Assembly: GCA_037927135.1 (NCBI GenBank)
Contig: JAXSPP010000002.1
Span: 165,155-229,154 of the forward strand
Direction: 5' to 3'
Length of the DNA: 64,000 nt
DNA from: Candidatus Pampinifervens sinense
GTDB lineage: Bacteria > Aquificota > Aquificia > Aquificales > Aquificaceae
Positions 1-14,675 of the stretch are shown here, one piece after another. A model generated the notes under the pieces. That model was not told the DNA's origin, did not search any database, and saw only the letters and a program-made list of their open reading frames with translations. Within the stretch, counting starts at the first letter, position 1. Each line of letters starts with the position of its first letter. The position numbers were made by a program, and so were the translations under genes.

Positions 1-870
1 CTACTTACACCGGAGGAGGAAAAGGAAGTAGCAAGGAGGGCAAAGGAAGGCGACCCTCAGGCCTTCAGAAGGCTTGTGGAAGCTAACCTCAGGTTCGTCA
101 TAAGCATAGCAAAGCAGTATCTGGGTTATGGCCTTCCCCTCTCCGAGCTTATAGCTGCGGGGAACTATGGTCTTATAGAAGCGGCAAAAAGGTTTGACCC
201 AGATAGGGGTGTGAAGTTCATATCATACGCCGTTTGGTGGATAAGACAGGCCATCATGCAAGCCTTATCTCAGCAAACTGGAGCGGTTAGAATACCGGTA
301 AAGCAATCCCATCTTATAAACCGCATTAGCAGTATATACAGCAGGCTATACAAGGAGTTGGAAAGGGAACCTACCGCCGAAGAGGTAGCCTATGAATACA
401 CCAAGGAGGTTCTTCAAAAAGAGCTTGAAAAGGAACTTGGAAGGGAGCCAACACAGGAGGAGATAGACAAAAGGATAAAAAAGGAGGGCTATAGGATAAG
501 TCCTGAAGAGGTAGAGAGATGTTTACAGCTTTGCAGGGTTCCACTCTCTCTTGATGCACCCATAAGCGAAGATGAAGACACTTCCTTTATAGATTTTCTG
601 AGCCAGCACGGAACGGCCGATGTGGAAGAAAGGATAATAAACGAAGTTCTGGAAAAGGAAATAGAAGACATGCTTGACAAGCTTCCTGAAAAGGAAAGGA
701 GGGTGATAGAGCTTAGGTTTGGTCTAAGGGGTGAGGAGCCAAAAACTCTAAGAGAGATAGGCGAGATACTTCAAATATCCAGGGAAAGGGTGCGCCAGTT
801 GGAAACGAGGGCCCTAAGAAAGCTTAGAAATATGGCCATGAAAAGGCATCTTAAAGACTTTCTCAGCTGA
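1..870 (+). CDS. RNA polymerase sigma-70 family factor (RpoD/RpoS-like), 5' end outside window
   Basis: Frame is open from base 1 (LLTPEEEKEVARRAKEGD...LVEANLRFV); regions 2 (GLIEAAKRFDPDRGVKFISYAVWWIRQAI), 3 and 4 (TLREIGEILQISRERVRQLETRAL) present. Confidence 0.93.
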   Translation, partial: LLTPEEEKEVARRAKEGDPQAFRRLVEANLRFVISIAKQYLGYGLPLSELIAAGNYGLIEAAKRFDPDRGVKFISYAVWWIRQAIMQALSQQTGAVRIPVKQSHLINRISSIYSRLYKELEREPTAEEVAYEYTKEVLQKELEKELGREPTQEEIDKRIKKEGYRISPEEVERCLQLCRVPLSLDAPISEDEDTSFIDFLSQHGTADVEERIINEVLEKEIEDMLDKLPEKERRVIELRFGLRGEEPKTLREIGEILQISRERVRQLETRALRKLRNMAMKRHLKDFLS

Positions 871-1736
871 TGCTTTCTGGCATCCTCCTTGTAGATAAGC
901 CAAAGGGTATGACTTCTATGGAGGTGGTGGAGGGGGTAAGAGAAAGGTTTAAGGTAAAGGTGGGCCACAGCGGCACTCTAGACCCATTGGCCACAGGCCT
1001 TTTAATACTTCTTATAAATGAAGCTACCAAGTTCGCCCAGTTTTTCACAAACTTGGATAAGGCCTACTTTACCGTTGCAAAGCTTGGTGAAATAAGAGAC
1101 ACCTACGATGCTGAAGGGAAATTAATTGAGTCAAGGCCTGTGCACTTGTCCTGTGAGGATATAAAGGGCATCTTAAACAAATTCACAGGGACCATCTTAC
1201 AAACTCCTCCACCCTACTCTGCAAAGCGTATAAAGGGCAAAAGGGCTTATGAGCTGGCAAGGAAGGGTGTGAAGGTGGAGATGAAGCCTGTGGAGGTAAA
1301 GGTATATAAGGCTGAGCTGAGAGAATGCAACCTCCCCTTTGTGAGCTTTTACTTTGAGGTTTCCTCTGGAACTTACATAAGGAGCTTAGTGCATGACATC
1401 GGCCTAGAGCTTTCCTGCGGAGCCCATGTGGTGGAGCTAAGGAGGCTAAGCATAGGAAGCTTCCGTGTGGATATGGCAGTTAGCTACCAAAGGCTTATGT
1501 CCCTTGAAGACATTGCTGGACTTCTTATACCCATCGGCGATGCCCTCCACTTTTTCCCCCGTATAAACCTCCGAGGAGAATACTTGAGAAGGGTAAAGCA
1601 TGGATCTCCCATAACCCTAGATGGAAGCTATGAAAGAACCTATGTGAGGCTTTATGACGAAGAGGGCAACTTTTTAGGTGTTGGTCTTATAGAAGGTAGC
1701 GTTTTGAGGCCATACAGGCTTATGCGAGAGCCTTAA
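870..1736 (+). CDS. truB: tRNA pseudouridine(55) synthase
   Basis: [22 protein letters not shown] and SSGTYIRSL motifs. Confidence 0.96.
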   Translation: MLSGILLVDKPKGMTSMEVVEGVRERFKVKVGHSGTLDPLATGLLILLINEATKFAQFFTNLDKAYFTVAKLGEIRDTYDAEGKLIESRPVHLSCEDIKGILNKFTGTILQTPPPYSAKRIKGKRAYELARKGVKVEMKPVEVKVYKAELRECNLPFVSFYFEVSSGTYIRSLVHDIGLELSCGAHVVELRRLSIGSFRVDMAVSYQRLMSLEDIAGLLIPIGDALHFFPRINLRGEYLRRVKHGSPITLDGSYERTYVRLYDEEGNFLGVGLIEGSVLRPYRLMREP

Positions 1737-2773
1737 GCTTTTCCTCTATATCGTGTTCTATTAGTGCCTGGATAATCTCATCCAGCTTTCCCTCTAGAAC
1801 ATCCTTTAGCTTGTATAGGGTTAAGTTTATCCTGTGATCTGTTACCCTGTTTTGAGGAAAGTTATAGGTTCTTATCTTCTCACTCCTTTCACCCGTTCCG
1901 ACCTGCTGCCTTCTCTCTCTAGCTATTTCCTCTTCCTTCTGCCTCTCATAATAGTCCTTCAGCCTTGCATACAGTATCTTTAGGGCCTTTTGCTTGTTTT
2001 GGAACTGAGACCTCTCATCCTGGCAGGATACGGTAATGCCCGTAGGTATATGGGTTATCCTCACAGCAGTTTCTGTGGTGTTCACATACTGGCCTCCAGC
2101 ACCGCTTGCCCTAAAGGTCTCTATCTTAAGATCCTTTGGGTCTATGTGTATCTCTGTTTCATCCGTTTCTGGCAAAACGGCCACAGTAGCTGTAGAGGTA
2201 TGTATTCTACCGCTTGCCTCAGTTATTGGCACCCTTTGCACCCTATGCACACCCCTTTCAAACTTAAGCCTTGAGTAGGCCCCTTCACCCTCTATAAGGG
2301 CTATCACCTCCTTGTATCCACCAAGGCCTGTCTTGTTTGCAGAAAGGATGGTAAACTTCCATCCCTTTTCTTCAGCATACTTCTGGTACATGTTGAGCAG
2401 GTCTGCCACAAAAAGGGCAGCCTCTTCACCCCCCACGCCAGCCCTTATCTCCAGTATCACATTCTTACTGTCGTTAGGATCCTTGGGCAAGAGCAACACT
2501 TTGATGTTCCTTTCTGCCCTTTCTAGTTCCTTTGTAAGCCTTTCTACCTCCTCCTTTGCCAACTCTTTGAGCTCTTCGTTCTTCAAAAGCTCCTTTGCCT
2601 GTTGTAAGTCAGACAGAATCTTTTTATATTCCTTGTAGGCCTTATATATCTCCTCCAGCTCCTTTAAATCCTTACTGAGCTTGGCAAACCTCTCCCTATC
2701 CGAAACTATATCCGGATCGCTAAGCTGGTACTGAAGCTCCAGATACTTCTGTTCTGCCAGTTTTAGCTTTTCT

Positions 2774-2793
<20 letters not shown>
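1720..2793 (-). CDS. prfA: Peptide chain release factor 1
   Basis: GGQ motif, PxT (PIT) RF1 tripeptide, [23 protein letters not shown] at 2793 preferred. Confidence 0.96.
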
Positions 2794-6417
<3,624 letters not shown>

Positions 6418-6421
<4 letters not shown>

Positions 6422-7554
6422 AGCCCCACCCTCTCCTTTAGCTTTTCCACATAGGTTAGCTTTTCCCAAGGTAGGTCCTCTTTGCCAAAATGGCCGTAGC
6501 ATGCCGTCCTTTTATAGATAGGCCTTCTAAGATCAAGGAAGTCTATTATCTTTTTTGGACCAGTTGGGAATATGTCAAGCAAAGCCTCCTTTATAACCTC
6601 CTTGTCCACCTTTTCCGTTCCATAAGTCTCTATATCAAAGGCTATCATCTCGTTCATACCAAAGGCGTAGGCCATCTGAACCATACACCTATCGGCAAGA
6701 CCGCTGGCCACCACATGTTTTGCCATCATCCTAGCAAGGTAAGAGGCAGACCTGTCCGTTTTGGTAGGATCCTTTCCCGAAAAGGCGCTTCCCCCAGAGT
6801 AGGCCACATCTCCGTAGGCATCGGAGACTATCTTTCTCCCAGTCTGCCCAGCGTCTGCCGCCGGCCCACCCAGCACAAACCTACCGGAGGGATTTACCAA
6901 CATCCTTGTTTCCCTTTGAAGTAGCCGTTCTGGTATGACCTTCTTTATGGCCTCCTCTACGATAAAGTCCTTTAACTTTTCCAGGGATACGTCTGGATCA
7001 TGCTGACAAAAGACGATCACATCCTTTATAAAAAGTGGCCTATCATCTTCGTACACAGCTGTGATAAGGACCTTACCATCGGGCCTTAAAAAGGGTGCCC
7101 TCCCCGATTTCCTTAGCTCAGATATCTTTTGAGAAAGCCTGTGGGCAAGACTAATAGGCAAGGGCATATAGTTTTCCGTATCCCTGCATGCATAGCCTAC
7201 CACTGTAGCTGTATCTCCCGCACCCTCGGAAGATATTCCCAAAACTATATCCGGGCTTTGCTCTTCTATGGAGGTTATCACAGCGGAAGAGTCCGCATCA
7301 AAGCCGTGTTCTGGTCTGCTGTAGCCCACCTCCTTTATGGTCCTCCTTACCACACCCGGTATGTCCACATAGCTCTCTGTGGAAACATGGCCTGCCACAA
7401 AGGTCATACCGGAGATGAGAAGGATCTCCAGAGAAACCCTACTATAAGGATCCTTCCTTATAAACTCGTCTAATAAAGCATCGGCGATAAGGTCTGCCAG
7501 TTTATCTGGGTGCCCCTCCATGGGGGACTCGGCCATCTTCAGCGTCCTACCCAT
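6418..7554 (-). CDS. metK: S-adenosylmethionine synthetase (divergent)
   Basis: EGHPDK, LRPDGK, GRFVLGGP, TGRKI, AFSGKDPTK, YGHFG. Confidence 0.92.
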
Positions 7555-7570
7555 GGAGGTCTATTATACC

Positions 7571-7810
7571 TTACTCAAGTATCTCAAGGACCACCCTTTT
7601 GTTCATCCTTCTTCCCATGGAGGAGAGGATGGTCCTCAGGGACCTGGCAATGCGTCCACCCTTACCTATGACCTTGCCAAGGTCCGCCTTGTCCACCCTC
7701 AGCTCAATGACAACGGTCTTTTCTCCCTCAATCTCCTGCACAGCAACCTTGTCTGGATAATCAACCAAAGACTTGGCTGTGATCTCTACAATGTCCCTAA
7801 GTTGGCTCAT
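7571..7810 (-). CDS. khpA: KH domain RNA-binding protein
   Basis: DLGKVIGKGGR; directly downstream of rpsP. Confidence 0.9.
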   Translation of the reverse strand: MSQLRDIVEITAKSLVDYPDKVAVQEIEGEKTVVIELRVDKADLGKVIGKGGRIARSLRTILSSMGRRMNKRVVLEILE

Positions 7811-7822
7811 CTCACACCTCCT

Positions 7823-8062
7823 TTAGAGTATTCCTGCGTTTTTTAGTATGCTTTCTGCCCTGTCTGTAAGCTCCGCGCCCTTACTTAACCACTCTTTTAA
7901 CTTCTCAGGCTTAACTTCTATAAGCTTTTTGTTAATAGGGTCGTATGTGCCTATTATATCAACCACTTTACCGTCCCTTGGAGCCCTTGCATCCGCCACC
8001 ACTATCCTGTATATGGGATGGTTCCTCCTTCCAAACCTTGCAAGCCTTATCCTGAGTGCCAT
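7823..8062 (-). CDS. rpsP: 30S ribosomal protein S16
   Basis: LRIRLARFGR, YRIVVADARAPRDG; GGAGG SD upstream. Confidence 0.97.
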   Translation of the reverse strand: MALRIRLARFGRRNHPIYRIVVADARAPRDGKVVDIIGTYDPINKKLIEVKPEKLKEWLSKGAELTDRAESILKNAGIL

Positions 8063-8093
8063 GCTTACCTCCTAGACTTCCTTAAATTATACA

Positions 8094-10106
8094 TTATTTC
8101 CTTATAGAATTCAATACCACACTGAGAGAAGACAGGGCCATCATAAGCCCAGCTATCTCCGGCTTCAGATAGATTCCTTTATTATACAATAGCCCTGCTG
8201 CAACAGGAATACCTAAGCCATTGTAAAGGAAGGCCCAAAAGAGGTTTTGTATTATCCTTCCTTTCGTCCTCTCCTTTATCTCAAAGAAGTCCCTTATCCC
8301 CTCTATACCTTTAAGGAGTATAACATGGCCTACCCTTTTGGCTACATCGGTGCCAGAGCCTACCGCAAAGGAAAGGTCCGCTTGTGCCATGGCTGGAGCA
8401 TCGTTTATACCATCTCCCACCATACCCACCTTCAAACCCTTCTCTTTTAGCTCCTTTATCTTACCAAGCTTTTCCTCCGGCCTTATCTCCGCGATAAACT
8501 CTTCAATGCCCAGCCTTTCAGCTATCAGCCTTGCCTTATCTTGCCTGTCTCCTGTGAGCATAAGAACCTTTATACCCTTTGACTTTAGAAATTTAACCAC
8601 CTCCTTTGCACCACCTTTTATCACATCTTCAAAGAAGAACTCAGCCAGCTTGAGACCATTTTTATACAAGGCCACTTGCCCTTCCTCCCCCCTCCTTAAC
8701 ACATACTCACCGCATACCACACCCACACCCACCTCTTCCCTACACGTGCTAAGATCCAATTTCTCCATTAGACCTTCCTTCTCGCAAAGTTCTCTTATGG
8801 CCAAAGAGTATGGATGGTTTGATACTTTGGCCATACCGCATGCTATAGATAGGGCTTCCCTTTCATAGATCTTGTAATCTACCAGCTTGGGCTTTCCCTC
8901 TGTGAGCGTGCCCGTTTTGTCCATTACCATCACATCTATCTCCCTTTCAAAAACTGATGGATCCTTTATAAGGAGACCCCTTTTTTGAGCCCTTAACACA
9001 CCCATCACTACCGCAAGAGGAACTGCGATGCCAAAGGCACAAGGGCAAGATATTACAAGCACCGCAAGGGAAAAATTGACCGCTATGAAGAGATTGCCAG
9101 TCTTTATATACCAGAAGGCAAAGACAAGAGAGGCTAGAGCTATTACAAACTGAACAAAGTAATGGGAAAACCTGTCTGCAAGGCGCTGGATTTTAGGACG
9201 TTTGCTAAGTGTTTCCTCCACAAGCTTCACCAAAAGGTTTACATAACTACTGTTAAAAGTTTTTTCCACCTTTGCCTTTGCAAACCCGGAAAGGATCAAG
9301 CTACCTGATATGAGCCTATCACCCTCAGACCTTTTTACCGGCATGCTTTCACCGGTTATAAGAGATTCATCCACCTCAAGGGAGCCCTCAAGGAGCTTAC
9401 AATCTACAGGCACCATATCGCCAGACCTCAACACTATCACATCACCCACAAAAACCTCCTGCAAAGATCTTAGCTCCTCTTTCCCACCCCTTAAAACCCT
9501 TACCCTTACCGTTTGAAGGCCAAAGAGTTCTCTTAGGCTCTTGAGTGCCCTATCCTTCACAAGCCCCTCTAGAAACTTTCCAGTTTTTACAAAGGTGATC
9601 AAAAAGGCTGAGGTTTCAAAGAAGGGCTCACCAGGTATGAGGCCAAGTAAGGCAAGAAGGCTGTAAAGCAGGGCTGATGTGCTTCCAAGGGCCACAAGAA
9701 GGTCCATATTCCCCACCTTTGCCTTTATAGAACTCCATGCTCCTTTATAGAAGCTGTAGCCTCCAAGGATTTGCACCAGAAGGGCAAGGCCAAGCTGAAG
9801 GTATGGACTGTAGGTGCTTTGCCAAGGCATAAGGGCCATGATAGAAAGGCTTGAAAGCCAGCAGAGTATAAGTGTTTGCATCTCCTTTTTCCCACCCTCC
9901 ACCCTTTCCACCTTATAGCCCAAGGACTCTATAACCCTCCTTATCTGGTCCAGGTCAAGAAGGTCTTCGTTAAAGCTTACCACAACCCTGCCGAGCTCAA
10001 AAGAAACATTTACTTCTTCCACACCCTTTAGCTTTTTAAGGCTTATCTCTATGGCCTTTGCGCAGTTTATGCAAGACATTCCAGAAACCCTTAAGCTTAC
10101 CCGCAT
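8094..10106 (-). CDS. copA: Cu(I)-type heavy-metal P1B-1 ATPase
   Basis: N-terminal GMSCINC HMA domain, TGES, CPC, DKTGT, HP, GDGINDAP, YN and MxxSS motifs. Confidence 0.88.
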   Translation of the reverse strand: MRVSLRVSGMSCINCAKAIEISLKKLKGVEEVNVSFELGRVVVSFNEDLLDLDQIRRVIESLGYKVERVEGGKKEMQTLILCWLSSLSIMALMPWQSTYSPYLQLGLALLVQILGGYSFYKGAWSSIKAKVGNMDLLVALGSTSALLYSLLALLGLIPGEPFFETSAFLITFVKTGKFLEGLVKDRALKSLRELFGLQTVRVRVLRGGKEELRSLQEVFVGDVIVLRSGDMVPVDCKLLEGSLEVDESLITGESMPVKRSEGDRLISGSLILSGFAKAKVEKTFNSSYVNLLVKLVEETLSKRPKIQRLADRFSHYFVQFVIALASLVFAFWYIKTGNLFIAVNFSLAVLVISCPCAFGIAVPLAVVMGVLRAQKRGLLIKDPSVFEREIDVMVMDKTGTLTEGKPKLVDYKIYEREALSIACGMAKVSNHPYSLAIRELCEKEGLMEKLDLSTCREEVGVGVVCGEYVLRRGEEGQVALYKNGLKLAEFFFEDVIKGGAKEVVKFLKSKGIKVLMLTGDRQDKARLIAERLGIEEFIAEIRPEEKLGKIKELKEKGLKVGMVGDGINDAPAMAQADLSFAVGSGTDVAKRVGHVILLKGIEGIRDFFEIKERTKGRIIQNLFWAFLYNGLGIPVAAGLLYNKGIYLKPEIAGLMMALSSLSVVLNSIRK

Positions 10107-10164
10107 AGTTTCAAATAATGCGGTCAAGATGTGTTAATTTCAAGGAGTTTATTTTAAAGGGATT

Positions 10165-10593
10165 TTACCTTTTATTCTGCAAGCTCTGCAAAAGATCCCA
10201 AACCCTCTCCTCAATGATGTCCCTTATCTTTCTAAAAAACTCCCTTTTGGCTTCTATTGGGCCTTCAAAGCTTGCGGGATCTGGAAGGTCCCAGTGTATG
10301 TGCCTTTGGGCTGGGAGTATGGGACAGCTCTGCCTTGCACTATCACACAGGGTTATAACTATATCAAGGTCTTCATAGGGTATCTCTTCAAGGCCCTTTG
10401 GCCTCTGGCCAGATAGGTCTATGTTCTTTTCCTTCATCACCTCTATGGCAAAGGGGTTTATCTCTTTTGCTGGATTTGATCCTGCCGAGTATATTTCAAG
10501 CTTTAAGCCTATCCTTTTGGCTATTTCTTTTGCAAAGGCTTCAGCCATCTGACTCCTTGCAGAGTTGCCTGTGCATAAAAAGGCGAGCTTCAT
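10165..10593 (-). CDS. arsC: Arsenate reductase, thioredoxin-coupled (LMW-PTP fold)
   Basis: CTGNSARSQMAE P-loop, TLCD..CP, HWDLPDP. Confidence 0.85.
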   Translation of the reverse strand: MKLAFLCTGNSARSQMAEAFAKEIAKRIGLKLEIYSAGSNPAKEINPFAIEVMKEKNIDLSGQRPKGLEEIPYEDLDIVITLCDSARQSCPILPAQRHIHWDLPDPASFEGPIEAKREFFRKIRDIIEERVWDLLQSLQNKR

Positions 10594-10631
10594 GCCTCTG
10601 ATATTAGCCCACAAATGTTAAATTTTAATTA

Positions 10632-11321
10632 ATGTTTGAAGTCCTTCTTTGGTTTGAGGAAATTAGCTCCACCCAAGACTACCTTAAGGAAAGGGATCTT
10701 CCCATAGGAAGCGTAGTAGTTTCAAACAGGCAGAGTAGAGGAAGGGGAAGGCTTGGAAGGGTGTGGCACTCTCAAGAGGGTGGCCTCTACTTTAGCTTTT
10801 CCATACCCCAAGGCATAAGGGATGAAAGCACCTTACCCCTCGTGCTCTCTCATGCTATAGCTGATTATCTTAAAAGCCTTGGCTACATACCAGCCATAAA
10901 GTGGGTGAACGATGTTTACCTGCAGGGTAAAAAGGTATGCGGTGTGCTCACAGAGAGGTTAAAAGACAGGTTCATAGCTGGCATAGGCATAAACCTAAAT
11001 CAGGAGAGCTTTCCAGAAGGTATAGAGGCTGTATCTTTAAAGATGGTTTCTGGCAAAAGCTTCAATAAGGTAGATGTTCTCTTGGATCTTTTAGACCATA
11101 TAAAGCATGCCTTGGAGGAGCTTTCGGAGAAGGGCTTTGAAGCCTTCAAAGAGAGCATAGAAAGCAGGCTACTGTTTAAGGACATGGAGGTCATCCTTTA
11201 CACACCCCAACCTGTTGTGGGCATACTACAGGGTCTGGATAGGGATGGGAGCCTTTTGCTTATGACACAAGAAGGCTTGAAATCTTTCCAGGTAGGTGAG
11301 ATAAGCCTAAGACCTTTCTAA
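10632..11321 (+). CDS. birA: Biotin--acetyl-CoA-carboxylase ligase (no HTH, class I)
   Basis: QSRGRGRLGRVW, KWVND, KKVCGVL, GIGIN. Confidence 0.93.
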   Translation: MFEVLLWFEEISSTQDYLKERDLPIGSVVVSNRQSRGRGRLGRVWHSQEGGLYFSFSIPQGIRDESTLPLVLSHAIADYLKSLGYIPAIKWVNDVYLQGKKVCGVLTERLKDRFIAGIGINLNQESFPEGIEAVSLKMVSGKSFNKVDVLLDLLDHIKHALEELSEKGFEAFKESIESRLLFKDMEVILYTPQPVVGILQGLDRDGSLLLMTQEGLKSFQVGEISLRPF

Positions 11322-11336
11322 TGTTATACTTAAAAC

Positions 11337-11954
11337 ATGTTAAAGTTGGCCCTACCTAAGGGTAGGTTGTTTGAAGAGACATTGGACCTTTTTTTGAAAA
11401 AAGGGTTGATAAGGGAGAAGTTTGAGGAGGGGAGAAGGCTAAGTGTAAGGATGGATGGCTTTGAGTTTCTATTGGTAAAGCCCTTTGACGTGCCAGTTTA
11501 TGTGGAAAACGGCGTGGCCGATCTAGGGGTTGTAGGAAGGGATGTGCTTCTTGAGAGAAGACCAGACCTTTACGTGTTGCTAGACCTAGGCATAGGCTTC
11601 TGTAGGATAGTGGTGGCGGGAAAGGAGGAAAGCAAGGAAAAGTATGAGAGGAGCTCCTATTTGAAGGTGGCTACCAAGTATCCACGCATAGCCCAGGATT
11701 TTTTTATAGAAAAGGGTAAGAGATGTAAAATCATACCACTTAGTGGTTCTGTGGAGCTTGCGCCCCTCATAGGCCTGGCAGACTTCATAGTGGACCTTGT
11801 TCAAACTGGAAGGACCTTAAGGGAGAACAACCTTGTAGTCATAGAGGAGATAGCCACATCTACGGCCATGCTCGTATGCAACAGGGCAAGCTATAGGAAT
11901 ATGAGGGGAAAGATACTTGAGGTTATGGAAAGGTTGTATATTAAAATCTCATGA
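11337..11954 (+). CDS. hisG: ATP phosphoribosyltransferase, short form
   Basis: LALPKGR, VATKYP, GSVELAP, DLVQTGRTLREN; 205 aa. Confidence 0.95.
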   Translation: MLKLALPKGRLFEETLDLFLKKGLIREKFEEGRRLSVRMDGFEFLLVKPFDVPVYVENGVADLGVVGRDVLLERRPDLYVLLDLGIGFCRIVVAGKEESKEKYERSSYLKVATKYPRIAQDFFIEKGKRCKIIPLSGSVELAPLIGLADFIVDLVQTGRTLRENNLVVIEEIATSTAMLVCNRASYRNMRGKILEVMERLYIKIS

Positions 11955-13183
11955 GGGTATGCCTCTACACTTTAGGTTGTAGGAGCAACTACTTTGATAC
12001 GGAGTTTATCTCCCACTCTTTCAGACAGAAAGGGTATGAAATAGTGGATCAGGATGAGCCAGCAGACATTTGCATAATAAACACCTGCACCGTAACCTCG
12101 GAAGCAGACCGATCCTCCCGTCAAGCCATACACAGATTAAGAAGGAAGAACCCAAAGGCCATAATAGTGGCCACAGGTTGCTACGCACAGGTTAACCCTC
12201 AAGCCTTGGCAAGTATGGAGGATGTGGACCTTGTTGTAGGAAACTCCCACAAGCACAGGATCTTAGAGATAGTAGAGGAGTTTATGCAGAGCAAGGGAAA
12301 TAAGGTGTTTGTGGATAATCTCTTTAGACAATCAAGCCTTGAAAGCTTTGACCTTATTGCCTACTTTGAGAAGGCAAGACCTTTCATAAAGATACAAGAG
12401 GGATGCAACCGCTTTTGCACCTTCTGTGTAATACCCTATGCAAGAGGAAAGGTGAGGAGTGTGCCTGAAGAGAGGGTTTTGGAAGAGATTAGGCTTTTGG
12501 TAGAAAGGGGCTTTCAAGAGATAGTCTTGACAGGCACCCAGCTTACCCAGTATGGCTGGGATATGGGCACAAACTTGTACGAACTCCTAAGGAAGGTGGT
12601 AAGGATAGAAGGTTTGGAGCTTGTGCGCCTCTCCTCCCTTTACCCTTCTGAGGTTGATCAAGATCTTTTGGACTTCATCACCTTTGAGGAAAAGGTTGCA
12701 CCACACTTTCACCTTGCCCTTCAAAGTGGCTCCGATAGGATCCTAAGGCTTATGGGAAGGGAGTATGAGGTGAGGGACTATGTGAGGCTTGTGGAGACCA
12801 TTGTGAAAAGAAGGCCCCTTTCCGCCATAGGCACAGACATTATAGTGGGATTTCCAACGGAAGAAGAGGAGGACTTTAGAGAGACTTACCGTTTGCTTGA
12901 AGACCTTCCCATAGCCTATATGCATATATTCCCCTATTCGGATAGACCTTACACCAAAGCCAGTAGGATGGAGGGAAAGGTCCCTTCAAAGGTGAAGGAT
13001 GAAAGGGTAAATGTGCTAAAGGAACTGGACAAGAAAAAGAGGGAAGAGTTTTACAAAAAGAATGTGGGAAGGGTGCTTAGAGCCACCGTCATTGAAAAAG
13101 ACAGGCTTTTGACGGAGAACTATATAAACGTGGAGAAAAGTGTAGAAGCAAGGGTGGGAAGTGTGGTTAGAATAGAGTTATGA
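11951..13183 (+). CDS. mtaB: tRNA t6A37 methylthiotransferase (radical SAM)
   Basis: TLGC..N, INTCTVT, TGCYAQ, CNRFCTFC, DIIVGFP. Confidence 0.9.
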   Translation: MRVCLYTLGCRSNYFDTEFISHSFRQKGYEIVDQDEPADICIINTCTVTSEADRSSRQAIHRLRRKNPKAIIVATGCYAQVNPQALASMEDVDLVVGNSHKHRILEIVEEFMQSKGNKVFVDNLFRQSSLESFDLIAYFEKARPFIKIQEGCNRFCTFCVIPYARGKVRSVPEERVLEEIRLLVERGFQEIVLTGTQLTQYGWDMGTNLYELLRKVVRIEGLELVRLSSLYPSEVDQDLLDFITFEEKVAPHFHLALQSGSDRILRLMGREYEVRDYVRLVETIVKRRPLSAIGTDIIVGFPTEEEEDFRETYRLLEDLPIAYMHIFPYSDRPYTKASRMEGKVPSKVKDERVNVLKELDKKKREEFYKKNVGRVLRATVIEKDRLLTENYINVEKSVEARVGSVVRIEL

Positions 13184-13791
13184 TAAAAAGGCTTTACCTT
13201 TTGAGGCATGCCCAAAGCGAGTACAATGAAAAAGGCATATTCCAAGGCAGGCTGGACAGCGATCTTACCCCACTGGGCTATGTTCAAGCGAGGCTTTCAG
13301 CTCAAGAGCTTTTAGATAAAGGCATTGAGGTAATATACACATCTCCCCAAAGGAGAGCTTATAAAACCGCCCTTACCATATCGGACGTTCTTGATGTAGG
13401 GGTGATAGTGGATGAGCGTTTAAGGGAGATGTCCTTTGGAGATTACGAAGGGAAAAGGTTTTTGGATTTGATAAGGGAAGAGGGGGAGCTCTTTAGGGCT
13501 TGGCTCTCAAACCCCTTAAAGAATCCACTGCCCACCCAGGAAGATATGGAGGAGTTTAGAAAAAGGGTGGATAGCTTTTTAGAGGATGTGATTAAAGGTC
13601 CTTATAAGAACATACTTGTGGTTGCCCATGGTGGCACCCTTCATGCCATAGTATGCCTAGCCATAGGATTAGGCCTTGAAAACCTTTGGAATATACACAT
13701 GGACAACACGGGCTTTAGCCTACTTGAGTACACTCCAAGAGGGTTTGAGCTTAAATACCTAAACAGCCTATGTCATAGGGAGGTCTTATAA
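13180..13791 (+). CDS. pspB: Histidine phosphatase; resembles metal-independent phosphoserine phosphatase subunit PspB of Hydrogenobacter
   Basis: RHAQSEYNEKGIFQGRLDSDLT, SP..RA, VAHGG; ortholog call from recalled similarity. Confidence 0.72.
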   Translation: MIKRLYLLRHAQSEYNEKGIFQGRLDSDLTPLGYVQARLSAQELLDKGIEVIYTSPQRRAYKTALTISDVLDVGVIVDERLREMSFGDYEGKRFLDLIREEGELFRAWLSNPLKNPLPTQEDMEEFRKRVDSFLEDVIKGPYKNILVVAHGGTLHAIVCLAIGLGLENLWNIHMDNTGFSLLEYTPRGFELKYLNSLCHREVL

Positions 13792-14186
13792 AGTATATGG
13801 TCGCATCCTGAGAACTCTAAAAGCCTACCCTCTGGACAAAACTCTATCCTTATTACACATTGGCATATATCCAAGCCCTCACCCCATTCTATGACAAGAA
13901 CACCCTTTCCCAAAAACTCCATAAGGTCTATATCCCTTGTTCTGTAGAGGTCCACATGTATGAGAGGACCTCTTTTGGTAGGGTATTCGTTCACAAGGGT
14001 AAAGGTAGGGCTTCTAACTTGATAGCCCTCCAGTATACCCATGCCTTCGGCAATACCCTTCACCAGCGTAGTTTTCCCAGCTCCTAAATCTCCCAAAAGG
14101 CATATGACCTCCCTACCTTCTAGAACTCTACCTATAGCCTTTCCAAGCTCCATAGTTTGATCCTCAGATCTGGAAATTATCCGCAT
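13773..14186 (-). CDS. tsaE: t6A biosynthesis ATPase
   Basis: GDLGAGKTT, SPTFTLVNEY, HVDLYR, IEW. Confidence 0.94.
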   Translation of the reverse strand: MRIISRSEDQTMELGKAIGRVLEGREVICLLGDLGAGKTTLVKGIAEGMGILEGYQVRSPTFTLVNEYPTKRGPLIHVDLYRTRDIDLMEFLGKGVLVIEWGEGLDICQCVIRIEFCPEGRLLEFSGCDHILYKTSL

Positions 14187-14207
14187 TGGTGCTATATTAT
14201 AAACACT

Positions 14208-14675
14208 ATGGAATTTTTCTTCTTTCCCGATGTTTATGCGGACAGACACCTTATAGACTCCTATGTGATTTCTTTTAAACTAAGGGATGAGAGCTGTGTA
14301 ATAACAAGGGAATGGGAAGGGAAAAGGTACATCACAGAAATCTTAGACTGGCAAGAGTTTAAGAGAAACGCCTATGATATAGTGCTGTATGAGTATGGGG
14401 ATGAGGTGGCAAGGTTTTCCGACATAGAGCTTGCCCTCACTGAGGCCTATAAGATGGCATGCATGGAGGCCTCAAGAAGGCTTCCCAAAAGGATAGAACC
14501 AGCCTTGGGCCTAGGATGCCCACCCTTGGATATAGTTAAGAGGGTCTTCCCCTTTAGCTTTAAGCTTGAGGCCTTTCCAAAAGATTTGAACAAATTCTTG
14601 GATGAACTTGTAAGGAATGTTGAGATAGAGACTTTGGAGTGGGGTAGGTTGGATGATGACGAAGTCTCTTTCTGA
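14208..14675 (+). CDS. Hypothetical protein
   Basis: 155-aa ORF with typical codon usage; overlaps hslU start. Confidence 0.75.
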   Translation: MEFFFFPDVYADRHLIDSYVISFKLRDESCVITREWEGKRYITEILDWQEFKRNAYDIVLYEYGDEVARFSDIELALTEAYKMACMEASRRLPKRIEPALGLGCPPLDIVKRVFPFSFKLEAFPKDLNKFLDELVRNVEIETLEWGRLDDDEVSF

